Of a DNA stretch of 64,000 nt, positions 31,674 through 44,719 are shown one piece after another; the first letter of the stretch is position 1; each line of letters starts with the position of its first letter. The stretch comes from the human T2T-CHM13v2.0 reference genome, Homo sapiens: assembly GCF_009914755.1 (NCBI RefSeq), contig NC_060926.1. The stretch is one strand, 5' to 3'. The notes under the pieces were generated by a model. The model saw only the letters and a list, made by a program, of their open reading frames with translations. It was not told the origin of the DNA and did not search any database. A program made the position numbers and the translations under genes.

Positions 31674-33381
31674 CTGAAAATTTGATATGCAGTTCAACAT
31701 TGTTGTGAAAGTAAAAACTGTGCTACTGTGATCTTAGTATATATTAGTCTAACTTCAAGTCAGATATACATTCCTGGTGTTACTTCTCCATATCTAAAGT
31801 AAGCCAAAGCAGGAAATGGCACACTGTAGCCGTATGAAGGCACATTATGTACACAAATCTGAATGCTGATTGTTGGGATTGCGTGGAATAAAAAGTTTAC
31901 TCCTTATTACTTTGCAACATTGCCTTAAGTTTGCATTTGCAGAAAGACACTCGAACACTTCAAAGTAGTGGGGGGGAAATTGGCAATAAACTATTTTTTT
32001 AAAACAGTTGAAAATCTTAAGTTGCCTGGGTAAAGTAAAAGCAAACTTGAGTTCGGGGAACAAAAGGTTAAGATAATCAAACAAAGCTCAAATTCTTGAC
32101 TTTAATATTAACTTGTAAATGACTAAGGGAAAATTGGTCGTTTGTTCTGCAGGGATTTAGGCATTCTCCACTGTAGTAGGAGACAAAGAATAATGAACTT
32201 TAAAAAAATGAATCGCATCAATATTATAAGAGATTTTCATTCCCTTGGCTTAGTCAGTTAATTAATGTGAACTGGAGTGCCATTTACACTAATAAATGCT
32301 TAGGTGGACAAGAATAATGATGACAACATAATGGGGTAATTATCCTCACAACAGTCCTATCTACGTAGTAGGTGAGAAATTACTATTTCTTACAGCAGGC
32401 TGTAGTGGAAGACACTAAGACCCAAAGTTTGGGTCTAATCCAAGGTTAAAAATAATGCATGTAAGAAAAAAAGATAAGCAGCCAACTCTTCAATCCATTT
32501 CACAGTATCCTTCCCTTCACAGCTAATATCATCTGTACCAAAGAATTCTAGCATCAATTATGAAAAGAGAACCTAGTAAGGAAATTGTACATTTACAAAA
32601 ACCCCCTCTAGTGTTGTCACATCATTGCTAATAGGTTGTTTTCTGCCCATGATTACCTAGGCATGGTTGACTGTGAGAGACTAACCAAATTACAGCATCT
32701 ACAGATACTAGTTTTTATGCAGTCACAGGCTCTCTGAACAAGCTTCAGGATTAACCATCCATATCACTGTTTGTCATGCTCAAAGAGAAACAGCTGCATG
32801 CAGAAAATAAAGCATGAGAGAGGTATTTCACCTTGAAAAAAAAAAGAGCTTGAACGTGGAATATTTATGGTAATAGGTTATTTAGAATTGCTAATGTGCT
32901 AAAATCTGAGTAGCATTTCAATGCATCATCAGGGACGAAGCCCTGGAGACACCATCCCTGGTGGCAGAGATGGTGTCCTACAAGTTATAACTCCACACAG
33001 TAAAACTGCTTGTCCCTATGCCAATCACAAAGCCAAGGCTCCTTGGCTTGTTGTCACCATCCCTCCTGCTGCTGTTGGAGAATGGTGATAGCCACTGACA
33101 TTATTCTAATTAGCTTCATCTACACAAAAATATCACACAGAAGAAATAGGGGGAACCACCCCCTGCCATCTTGCGTTTTTTGAATAGGAAAAAAAGGTGA
33201 AATAATCCATCAAACAGGTAATGTTTGTGCTTTCACACCAGCTTCTGGGCACAGGTAGGTGAGTGATCCTCTGTCAGATAATCCCTTTTGCCATCTTTGT
33301 GGCCCTGGGAGTCTAAGAAAGGAGAAAGCTCTTCCTGCTTTAATGAGAATGCAGTTTATGCAGCTGTGGGCTGGGCCTTAC

Positions 33382-33423
33382 CTCTCCCGGCACCTCTTCG
33401 TAAACCACTTCTTCTGTGTAGTA
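33382..33423 (-). CDS. NEB: Nebulin exon 4 (YYTEEVVYEEVPGE)
   Basis: 42 nt, AG/GTAAGG boundaries. Confidence 0.95.
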
Positions 33424-35354
33424 CTGTAAATAGAGCACAAAGGCATTGGCAAGAGAACCAAAGCAGAAACCACCTCTCCTCTGCCTCAGCTGAACCACTT
33501 AGGTGACTGCACTAGCTCGGTTGATTTGGAATGTCTGTGGGAAAGGGGTAGGTGAGGGAGCCTGTTCATATTTTGGAACCCATCTTCACTTTGTAATACT
33601 TCAGGAAAGCTAAAGTGAATGCCATCCAAATGGACAAAGAGATGCAGAGGGCTGAGAAAAATGTATGAGGCTGTTTTTTAATCAAGAGAAGCTATTTTAC
33701 TTTACTGGGACATGGAAATTTTTTTCTTATGGTCCCCAAGATAGAATTTGCTGAGAAGAGAATACAATAAGAAGATCCTGAGTGTGTGGGTTGGGCAGAG
33801 AGGAACTGTGATAAAACTCACTGTTTGCAAACTAACAATAAACTAAAACAGAAACTCGAGTGTGAATACATTTTTAAATGGATTGCATCATGGAAATAAT
33901 AAGATCCCAAAGTATATCCACATCTCAATTATTCCTATACCCTCCTGATTAGTAAGTAATAAGTTTCTTCTGGAGTGATGGGTGAGTCCCTTTCAATAGT
34001 GTGATTGTCCTAAACAGAGTGGTGCTAATATGAAAACTGGTAAATGCCAAGTAATGAAGGGGAAAATGAGAAGATTCTTCATCACAAAGTGTGGGAAAGG
34101 TAGGCTGCAATTTGCCATAGTGGCTCTGAGGTCATCATGGCCTGCATGATGGATCTGCAGCCTGGATCTGAAACCAAGTCTACTTTTGTTCTACTTCTGA
34201 CATCACCAGCAATAAATAGATGCAGAAAGGAACTGGTTGACACTTGGTTTCAGATGTGTAAGGAGAGAGGAATCCTGTCCTTAGCCTCACCCTGCTCTGT
34301 AGGGTGAACAGAAGGAGAGGCTCGTTTAGGCCAAGCACATGAGGAAAGGGATAAAGATGAAACACTTGGCTCATTTCTTAGTAAAAAAAAAAAAAAAAAA
34401 AAGGATGTAAAACACTTTATGCTTCCTTTTTCTTATCTTTAACACCAAAACATACAGCACTCAAGGGAAGGGAAAACATTAAGATGCAAAATTTCCCTCA
34501 ATGGCCTGCATTCTTTTCAGTGAAGTGTCATCAAATTACTTAACCATTGTCAGTAGGCCGCCTGTGCTATTTCACCTGCGTTAACAATCGTCTAAAACTT
34601 GCCTAATGTTCCTCATTCTTGTGCTTTCTTTACTCTTGAGCTATTGTTTTAATTTAAAATCTAATTCTGCCTGTATGTCGTTACACATAGCAACAAAAAT
34701 CACAAGCACTGACAGGACAGAGATTTGCTTTTTTACAGTTGTGACTTTTCAGCACATGAGAAATATCATTTGGACACTAGAAAATATTGTTTGATGCTGA
34801 CGCCACATAGAGTCATTCCTCCAGTCACACAAAACATCAGTGGCTTCAGAAGAAATATTAAAATAAAATGGAAGATTCACAACTATTTTGGATTTTCTCA
34901 GCATCCAAGTTTAAAAGCAGCTCCTTGGAAACCATTCAATTTTACCTTTGCTGGGCTCTCACCATTGGTAAATCCATCTTAGAAATACGCTTATAAAAGA
35001 GGCAACATTATTTAAATGGTTGGCATTAACTTGTATGCCAAATCTCACTCTTTTTTTAGAGCTGTGCCACTAATTAGATAGTGCATCCTTGCTTCTCTCT
35101 CTTTCTTTTCAAGTTTAAGTTAGAGTAGAGAGAACAGTAAAACTTTATTTCAGATGTCCAAGATCCCAAGGAGATATATTTTTAAAGCCAGTTCTTCTCT
35201 GTTTTCTGCATATTTTTAAAGCTAGTTCCTCTCTGTTTTCTAAAATCTTCCCTGGCCATTTTTTCGAATGCACCACCCTCTTATGCTCATGATCTTTTTT
35301 GAGGTCAAAGAGATCTCAGTTCAATACTTTCTGGCAGGCAGTCTATTCGTTTAT

Positions 35355-35808
35355 CACCTGCTGGTCAGACCCAGATGCTGTAATGGGAACAAAATGGTAG
35401 GGATGGGATGTCTAAAAATAGCCACCTCCTTTTTTATGACATCTAGTTGAATCAATCAAGTCTAGCACTAAGGACAATTTCCAGTGGCAAAGGTACACAA
35501 TTATTTTAAGAAAGACAAGGGATATTTAAGTTGGAGAGTAAAAACTGTTACTGGCATTATTATCATAGGGAAGACAATTTAATTTATAATTGTATTAGTG
35601 TTTGACAGTGATATTTCTGACCCTTAGGTACATAAGTAAAATGCACACTAGTGATAATATCAGCATGAAAGATGTGGTATCAGCATTTAAGCCAGAGAGG
35701 CTGAGTGTTACATTGTACGAGATTCATTCTATTTTTTCCCTCATATCCTTCAGTAATAAAAGCTATTTTATTTGTAGAATAAATAAAATTTTCTTCATCT
35801 AAATATAG
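35355..35808. promoter_or_regulatory. Candidate muscle enhancer in intron 3: two consensus MEF2 sites plus an E-box
   Basis: CTAAAAATAG 35412-35421, CTAAATATAG 35799-35808, CACCTG 35355-35360; motif-only evidence. Confidence 0.4.
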
Positions 35809-36885
35809 ACTGGTCACTAAAATAATTTTCCAAAGAGAAATTTTGGCACTGCCACCTAAAATTTGGTTCTGGGTAGCTCTTACAGTTAATTTCAGTCTTA
35901 TTAAAAAGCACAGATTTTCAAAACTGCCTCCAAGTGCCTTAGGCATTTGGAGATTTTCATGTGTTTAGATCATCATCATTAATTGGTAATTATTAAGCAC
36001 ATTCAGATTCATGGCACTGTATTTATGTGCATTATAGTTCCAAGCCTTTAGATTTTATTTCTAGAATGTGAAGCTAAAGGCAAGAGCCGGTGAGGAAAAA
36101 CCGTAAGATGATAAAAACAAAAGGATGTAAAATAAATATAAAATAAATGATTAACAGCTTTGTAAAATGTGTTAGATGTCCACTAATAATTGGAAGGAAA
36201 ATTTTCAAGATACCCACTATAGTCTTTGTTCTTATTCAAAATTCAAAAGCAAAAGCTAGTCTTGTTGACTTGGGTAAATATAATGAAGTTGGTAGGAAGG
36301 TGTGGCTCCAACAATCGCTGTGACCTTCATGCCTTTATTTATATTTGCTTGTATGTGTGTGTCTGTGCACATGTGTATGTATTATGTATAAAGTCTCACA
36401 TCTGCATATAATTTCATACATATGATTATTCTGAATATCTAACCCATGTTACCCTATAGATGTTTAGCTAGTTGAAGCAAAGAATAAGGAGTAGATCTTT
36501 TCTTCTATTGCTATACAGATACTAAGAGACAGAGTTCCATTTTCAGAACTTTCTCTTCGTCTCTGTCCCTTTGAACATCGGGGTTGGGAAGTGGGGAAGA
36601 AAGCAGTTTTAGAAGACGAATTAAAACCTGCCTTTACTCCAACTTGGTTTTTTGAGAGCTTAAAGAAAAGCAAAAGTGGGAAACAGTGATATTTCCTGTC
36701 AATTCTAAATCCCACATAATTATAGTGAAACTGAACATAAAATATTCCTTTCTTATGCTTTAAATGATGACTCTTTGTGAAGTTATAATAGACAATGTAT
36801 TTTTCGAATGATTAATTCACCTACACAGCTTTGATTGTCACTACATAAAATAGTTTGCTGTCAGTGTTTTTTTTTTAAATCTTAC

Positions 36886-36921
36886 CTCCACCACCTCCTC
36901 ATAGTCTTCGTCATCTGCCAT
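36886..36921 (-). CDS. NEB: Nebulin first coding segment, exon 3 (MADDEDYEEVVE); exon 5'UTR part probably extends to 36950
   Basis: AAAATGG start, |gtaaga donor; matches the acidic nebulin N-terminus. Confidence 0.97.
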
Positions 36922-37475
36922 TTTTCCAGAGTAGTAGTGGCACCTACAAACTTTTCATATTCCATACAAATGAAAACATATTAGAGTCTATTCCCAGCAC
37001 AGAAATTATCTTATGACATTATAAAAATAGAATTTGAAGCTAAACTATTGTACAAATTCATATATTGTTGCAGGCTAAAGGAGAGAAGACATTTAAAATA
37101 CAAGTATAAACAGCAGAAGCTTCAAATTTCTTTCTCTTTATTCCTTCAGTGTTGGGAATTGCTACTTCTACATAATCAGTTTAGTTAAAATTGTAAAACG
37201 AAATTGAGGTAAGGAAGTGAGAGAGTTTGGACTCAGGGAACAGAGAATTTAAACTTCCAAACACTTAGAGAAAAGACATTTTCCAGCAAAAATTTTAGTG
37301 AAAGGTCAGCTTGGGTTTCAGAAGAAGCTGAAATTTATCCCCCAGCACCAAAATTCTAAGAGGGCTGACTTGTTTTCCATACTGCCCTGATCCACTGTTT
37401 GCAATATATCTTAGGCTTCAAATTGGAACCCATAAAAATACATCTGTCAATAAATTTTAAAAGAAAAAAAGAAAC

Positions 37476-37559
37476 CTCAAGGCAATGGGGTTATTTTCTT
37501 CCCGAACACCATTGGCTTATACAGACTTTTTCTTTCGTTTCTGTAGCTCTCGTTCAAAC
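37476..37559 (-). other. NEB: NEB 5'UTR exon 2 (84 nt)
   Basis: ttatttttcag| acceptor, GAG|gtttct donor; resembles recalled NEB mRNA leader. Confidence 0.75.
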
Positions 37560-38161
37560 CTGAAAAATAACAAAGTTGTAAAGCATTGATTGAGGTACAT
37601 ATAGGATTGTCAGTCCTTAGCCTAAGCTTCTAATGCAGAAAACAGCGAAAGGATCTCTCAAGGCCTCTACAGTTTGACGCCAGAGAGTAAGACTCTTGAT
37701 ATGAAGTGGATGATGAGTTGGAACAGCTGTCCCTTCATCCAAAGATGTTTGCCATGTAAACCAATACCCTGCAGTGGCTGGTTTTGTTAAGCTAGCGAAA
37801 CTGCCACTCCTCAGGCAAATGAAGCCCAGTAGAACAGGATAAATATAGGAACGTAGAGCAGCGTATCTTCTTTTTCACACTAATATATTTAGAGAAAAAT
37901 ATCAAAGGCAAAAAAATGTTAGACAAGAGAGCCAATTCAGTCAAGCAATAAATTGGTTAGCAAAGGACTTGACTCTAATCACACACGGTACATAGCAGAT
38001 ATTAGTAGGGCCTTAGTAGGGCAATGGGGTTAAACTCTCCTAGCCATATTTCTACCACTAATTTCCTCAGTTATGGCCCAAACCTTTGAAAAATACTTCG
38101 AGGGAAGTTGTGGAGCATCTCCTGAAAGAGTATTACAGAAAAAGTCATAAACTGGCCTTAC

Positions 38162-38240
38162 CTTCAATCTACCAAATAAATTTCCTCAGCAGCAAAGCCT
38201 CTCCCAACTCTCCCCTCCTGAGAACCCCAGGCAAAAGCCA
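38162..38240 (-). other. NEB: NEB non-coding exon 1 (TSS position approximate)
   Basis: GAAG|gtaagg donor at 38161; position upstream of exon 2. Confidence 0.65.
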
Positions 38241-38420
38241 GCGTGATGCCTGGGCTCCGAATTATCATGTGGCAAGAGCAACCAATCAGATCTTGAGTTG
38301 CTCAAATTTCAGAAGCTAAATTTACCAAGTGATCTTCTGAAAACCACCTGTTCATCAATTCCACTAAAGGATAAAGGGTAACAAATTGCTTGCTTAGAAC
38401 AATTCAAATGGAATCAAATT
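38240..38420 (-). promoter_or_regulatory. Putative NEB proximal promoter (non-CpG island)
   Basis: CCAATCAG at 38282, MEF2-like CTAAATTTAC at 38316, E-boxes CAAGTG 38326 and CACCTG 38345. Confidence 0.5.
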
Positions 38421-39380
38421 TTACCTAACTTCCAGCCTATGCAGTTCAATTTTAGGTTGAATTTCCCATTTACTGAGGCCCCATTCAATGTCATATTCAT
38501 GCAAAAGAATTTAGTAGAAAATAAGCATGACTTTGAGAGGCTTTAACCCTTCCGTGACTGCTTTCTTCATGTCATTTGTCCAGTCATGGTGGTAAATGTA
38601 CTCACTCTGGTAAGGTTCACCAGGTGAGCTACAGGTAAGTTACTGGTGCTAGTGTGAAAGAAACTGAGGAATAAGACCCAGTAAACATCAAGTTGACAAA
38701 AGCAATTTTTAAAAATGTGATGAGTGAAGTTAAAGGTGAAAATATTTGACAATGGCACTAAATAAGATATCCACAGGGTGTAATTAGAAAGATTAGACCC
38801 CATCATTTTTCTGTTACTAAACCAAGAGGGTATACCAAAATCCTATTTAGCACCTTCTCCCTCCTTAGATAAGGCAAGCTGCTAGGAATACAGAACCTCT
38901 CTCATATGTAACCGAGTTAGTGATTTTTCTATTAACTCAGATGACTCCTGGCTCCCAGAAGCAACGTGTGAATGCGGACACAAACAGGCTCAATTTCTGA
39001 ACAGCAAGAGCAGATAACATGGAAATCAGTAACTTATCAGGAGAAAATAATGCCCTATTTGGCAAATCCGAACGTAAGACATTTCCTTCATAAAAATTAT
39101 CTAACCATTTTCTTAAAACTTGCCTGATGTCTTTCTTGCACTTTCTTTGCTCCTGAAGTATTTTTTCTAATTTAAAATCTAATTCTATCTGTCTGTCTGT
39201 CTGTCCTTACACACAGCGACAGAAATCACAGGCTCTTATGTGACAGAGAACTGCTCTTTCTCTGGGTTGCTCCTGTATTCAGGCAAAACCCTGTGAGTCA
39301 CCTATATCTTGATATGGATTTGAGATTAAACATATTGTAATATTTTTTCTTTTTTAAGTTAAACATTAGAAAGTAATCTC

Positions 39381-39463
39381 GCTGGGCGTGGTGGCTCACG
39401 CCTGTAATCCCAACACTTTGGGAGGCCGAGGCGGGCAGATTGTCTGAGGCCAGGAGTTTGAGA
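39381..39463 (+). mobile_element. Tailless 5' Alu fragment with a 13-bp TSD
   Basis: agaaagtaatctc at 39368-39380 and 39461-39473. Confidence 0.85.
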
Positions 39464-40247
39464 AAGTAATCTCATATTTCAAATACATGTACCTTTTCCC
39501 CCTCCATGATTCACATGGTAGTAAATAAAATCTAACAGAATTTTATCATCTTAACTGATTATACCTGTTCATCTTGTATGTTCTCACAGGTCTTATGACC
39601 AAAGGATATTTATGTAATATGAGATCACTCACTTGGTAGCTGCAAACTAGAATTGTGACTTACTAGTCATTACATGCTTTAAAATGTGTTGTTGAATTAA
39701 AAAATAATACAGGCCCATACTTTAAAAACATAGAGTACAAAATTATATAAAGTAAAAAATGAGCATTGACCTTCTTAGTCATTTTTAAGTTTCAGATATT
39801 TTCAATATAGATATTGACATAAATCGATATACTTAATATGCAATAGACATTTTTATGAAACATCACATAAACATATCCTACTCTAATTTCCACAAATAAT
39901 TCTATTGATTGGATAGAGTATAATAGTTTAATCATTATTAATGGACATCTAGGTTGTTTCGAGGTTTTTGCTATTACAAAATAAAGCAAAACAATGCGAA
40001 ACAAAACACACAGTAAGCATCCCTGTACATTACCTTTGTATACTTATATGAAATGTATCTGTAAGGTAAATTTCTAGAAATAGAAATACTGAGGCAGAAG
40101 ATATATGCACATTTTGAAAATTGATAGATATTGTCAAGTTGCCAGTCAAAATCCTTACACTATTTTATGTTTCACTAACAGAGAATGAGGGTTCCTATGT
40201 ATACACATCTCAATATCCTTAGGGATTATTAGACTGAAAAATCATTA

Positions 40248-40584
40248 CTATCTGAGCTGAATGTGTCCCCCCAAAATTTATATGTTGAAGTCCTACCCCC
40301 CGATGTGTGGAAAGTGATTGGGTCATAAGGGTGGAGCCCTCACGAATGGGATTAGTACACTTATGAAAGAGGCCCCAGAGAGCTGCCTGGCACTCTCTCT
40401 GCCATGTGAAGTTACAGGGGGATGATGGCCAGCCACAACCTGAAAGAAAGTCCTCACTAGAACCCAACCATGCCAGCACCCTGATCTTAGACATCCAGCC
40501 TCTAGAACTATGAGAAGTAAATTTCTGTTTATAAGCCATCCAGCTTATATTATTTCTGTTATAGCAGACCAAATGGACTAAGAC
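40248..40584 (+). mobile_element. MLT1A/MST-like MaLR LTR
   Basis: gctgaatgtgtccccccaaaattt...gactaagaca. Confidence 0.8.
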
Positions 40585-41944
40585 ACTCTTTATACATTAC
40601 TTTTGAAACCACTATGATAGTAAATAGAAGTGCTACAGATGAGCAGAACCTCAAACTCCATTCATAATGAAGTGTGCATCTAAAAAGTTAGGGTGGGGGG
40701 TGGGGCAAGAGTGAGTTCACATGAAATTACCCTGGCTTAGATCTCTTGGGATAAATTCCTCCTAAAAGAAAGCCCCAAAGCCCCTGCTAAACTGGCCTGC
40801 TGCAGGTTGCCCTAATAATTTGCAAAGCCATCAGAAGTAAGAGACTCACAGGAGAGCTGGTTATATTCCTACCATGGTTACACAGGGGTGAGTGAACCAG
40901 CAAGCAGCTTATATTTACCTCCTAGTCACACTAGAGAAAAACACTGCCACCTCCTTACTAAATTCTGCAGATTCTAATCTGGAATGATGCTCTCTAGAGA
41001 TGAAAGAACAGCTTTATTTTCCTGGCCTATCTATGACCTCTTCTATGGAACGACAGTACATTGGCACCCTGATTTATTGGTAGGTTCTTATTATATGCCT
41101 TGCACATGGTAAGTGTTCAGTAAATGTTAGCTATTATTATTTTTACTATTATCATTTTTTACATTATATTGGAAGCTTCACGCTTTACTCTGTATTTAAC
41201 TGAAATACCAAATATCTTGAAGCTTCTAAAATCAGACAATAGTTAGTCTAAGAATTTATGAGTACGCAGGCATCTGACTAGAAGCTTGTACAACTGGCTA
41301 CAAACCAAAGCAGGGCAGTTAGGTGCCAATATCGGAACTTCAGATAAGGCTTCCCTAAATATGAAAATATAGAAGTGTCATGCCTGGAGACCAAAAAAGA
41401 CATGATAAGGGGAGATGGGATTGTAACAGTTTTTGTTGTCATTACTTTGATTTCATTATTTTGATCAACCTCTATATGAACATAGCTTAAGAATCAAGCT
41501 TAAGTTTCATAAGACTTGCTACTAAATCAACATTTCCTGTTTCCTCTATTCCTTTTTCCCCTCCCTGGAGACATCACTTGGACTCATTTAGCTGAATCTT
41601 TTGTTATATTCCTTTACACATTTAACAAAATGTCTACATTGCTCCTTCCTGATTTTTCATTCATAGGCATCATTTATTAAGCTCCTATCCGGGAAGATGA
41701 GGCTTTAATTCTCTTTCATCTAAACCACAAGCCTCACCTCCTGCACCTCAATAAAGTTCTACACATATAATTCAGAACTCAATGTTTACATTTTTATGAT
41801 TAGCAAAAGGCTATTCACAGCTGAACCCTATAAATTATGATTATTTTTCTTTTCCTCTACAAGGGCTTGTTTTTCTGGAAGTTGGTATTTTTCTCCATTT
41901 CTTTTATTTTCTTCCTTGGCTTAATTTTTTTCTAGACAAGTGGT

Positions 41945-42140
41945 GTCTGAGAGAGCTTTCTGCAATAGTTGAAATGTTCTATACCAGCACTGTCCAGTAC
42001 AGTAGCCACTAGCCCCATGTGGCTATTGAACACTCAAAATGTGGTTAGTGTGACTGCAGAATTGAATTTTTAGACTTTTATTTGACTTAAACTCAAACAG
42101 CCACATGTAGCAGGTGGCGATGGTATTGGGCAGAATAATT
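41945..42140. mobile_element. MER3-like hAT MITE
   Basis: gtagccactagccccatgtggctattgaacact core. Confidence 0.7.
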
Positions 42141-42479
42141 CTAGACACTTTTAGCACTAACACCTCAAACTTTCTGGCTAAGTCAAGTCTGCTCTTGGTG
42201 TTTTCAAAGACATTAAGTAGTGTTCTATAATTCTACCCATTTCCTCTTCTTAGATCTCTCAGGGAGTCTTTTCTTCCAACTGGATCAGTTCCCTGTGCGG
42301 CTGGAACTCAGTTCTTTTCTTGAGCCCCCTCCACTGTCTTTCATTCTGGGAATTATCCTCTTCTCTCTTCTGAATTAGATCTTGGGTTTCCTGGATCCCA
42401 TGTCTTTCTCTTGCTTACCTTTCCTGTTTTGATGGAAAACATCCTCCAGTAGTTTCCTGAGAAAGGATACATATAAGGT

Positions 42480-42592
42480 ATGAACCCAAAAGTATCTGAG
42501 ACAGGTCTCAATAAATTTAGAAAGTTTATTTTGCAAAAGTTAAGGACGTGCCTGTGATACAACCTCAGGAGGTCCTGATGACATATGCCCAA
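42480..42592 (-). mobile_element. MER4-like LTR fragment
   Basis: atctgagacaggtctcaataaatttagaaagtttattttgc. Confidence 0.6.
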
Positions 42593-42904
42593 CATTTTTA
42601 AAAACTTTTCATCAAAGTATAGTATATACATAGACCTAGACTTTCAGAACTGGAACCAGATGCTCATCCAAAGACTTCTTGGTGGCTTTTGAGCTGCGAG
42701 TGTGGGACTGAATGCTGGAGTGTGGGACTTGGGATTTGTTGCTGAGCTTTGGGGCTGGATGTGGCCTGCAGTATATGGCTCCATTCTTCTGGTTCCCTTC
42801 ATGACTATGGATGTGAATTAGATGAATAAAGGCTTGTGGCAAAAAGACAGTAATGTGGCCCCATGATAATCCCTGCCTCCTGGTGATCATACTTTGGTGA
42901 AATC

Positions 42905-43401
42905 CTGTGCCTGTGCCCTGCTGCTAACCAGTAGAATTTGGTAAACCTGTTGAGATGGCACTCCTATAGTTACATGCAACATATAAGACTCCATCTTGCT
43001 AGCCAACTTGCTCAAGAGACTCTTCTTGCTGGCTTGATGAAGCCACGTGGCCTTGATGGGGAAGCTCACCTGGCAAGGAACTGCTGTTGCCCTCTAGGAG
43101 CTGAGGACAGCCCCCGGAAGAAGAGAGTAAAAAGCTGGGCTTCCAGTCATACAGCTGCAAGGAAATGGTCCTGCCAAGAATCAGACTAATCTGGGAAGGA
43201 GATTCTTCCCCAGTCCAGCCTGCAGATGAGAACAGCCTCACCAACCCAATAACTTCTTTGCAGCCTTGTGAGATCCTAAAGAGGACCCAGGTAAGCCAAG
43301 CCGAAACTCCTAATACTCAGAAACTGTGAAACAATGAATATGTCTTGTTTAAACCACTAGGTTTGTGGCAATTGGTTATGCAGCAATAGATAACTAATAT
43401 A
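42905..43401 (+). mobile_element. MLT1-family MaLR LTR
   Basis: ggcaaggaactg...gcagcaatagataactaata. Confidence 0.65.
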
Positions 43402-43454
43402 CCCTTTAATCAGTAGAAAAGAGATCAAGAATATTCACAAGAATTTGGATATTT

Positions 43455-44346
43455 TCTTTTTAACAAACTTTATTTTTTAGAACAGTTTTAGATTTACAGA
43501 AACAACTGAGGAGACAGTACAGAAAGTTCCCAGATACCTTCCATTCAGTTTCCCCATCGTTGACACTTTACATTAGTATGATACATGTGTTATGATTAAT
43601 AAGCCAATATTGACACATCATTATTTTTAAAATGGCATAGTTTATTTAGAGATTCTTAGCTTTTATTCAATGCCCTTTCTCTGTTCCAAGATTCCATCTC
43701 AGATACCACTTTACATTAAGTTGTCATGTCTTTTTAAATGTGGCAATTTCTCACACTTTATTTTTGATGACCTTGTTAGTTTTGAGGAGTACAGGCCAAG
43801 TATTTTATAGGTTGCCTAGTATTGGAATTTGTCTGACGTCTTTCCTCATAGAAAATACTCGGGTTATGAGTTATTGGGAGGAAGACCACAGAGGTGAAGT
43901 GCCATTTTCTTCCCATCATATCAAGAGTAACTGCTATCCCCATGACTTACTACTGTTGATGTTGGCCTTGTTCATCACCTGGCTGTGGTGTTTGGGAGGT
44001 TTCTGCTTTGTAAAATTACTCTCCCCACCACCCCTCTTCATACCACACTCTTTGGAAGGAAGTCACTAGGCACAGCCAAAACCTAAGGATTGGAGAGTTG
44101 TGCACCCCTCCTTGAGGGTGGAGTAACTACATAAATTATCTGAAATTCTTCAGCATGGGAAAATTTTCTCTTTTTCCCAATTTATTTATTTAATCACTTA
44201 TTTATATCAGTAAGGACTAATGGATATTTATTTTATACTTTGTGTTACAATCCAATACTTCTTTATTTTATTACTCAAATGGTTCTAGCTTTGACCATTG
44301 GCAGCTCTTTTAGTTGGCTCCTGCATTCCTTTGACATACCCCCCAT

Positions 44347-44404
<58 letters not shown>

Positions 44405-44460
44405 CAGAGAGAGAAAGTGCATTTTCTTACTTTCTGGAACTGCAAAATGCTCCAGGACTC
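43455..44460 (-). mobile_element. Old L1MC-like 3' region containing a (GT)n(GA)n microsatellite at 44349-44414
   Basis: aactttattttttagaacagttttagatttacaga head; visible dinucleotide tract. Confidence 0.7.
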
Positions 44461-44719
44461 CAGATATAAGTATGCATTCGATCTATAAATTTGAAAGTAA
44501 TACAAGTTCATTGTAAAAATTTCAAGCAATAAAGGTTCATGTAGATTACAATATGAAATAAAGGTTTATATACACTATAATATAACAATTCTAATTCATT
44601 CTTTTAACTATTATTTATTATGTACAATATATGAGGTTCTGTTCTACATGCTTCCTTCATGCAGCAGACATCATTAGTTGCTTAAGCAATATACAGCCCT
44701 CCCCCAGTGGGTATTGGGC

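Noticed and set aside
31416-31700. 94-aa ORF (and the 355..600 ORF) as standalone genes
   Set aside because: They are NEB exons 5 and 17 read through into intron sequence.
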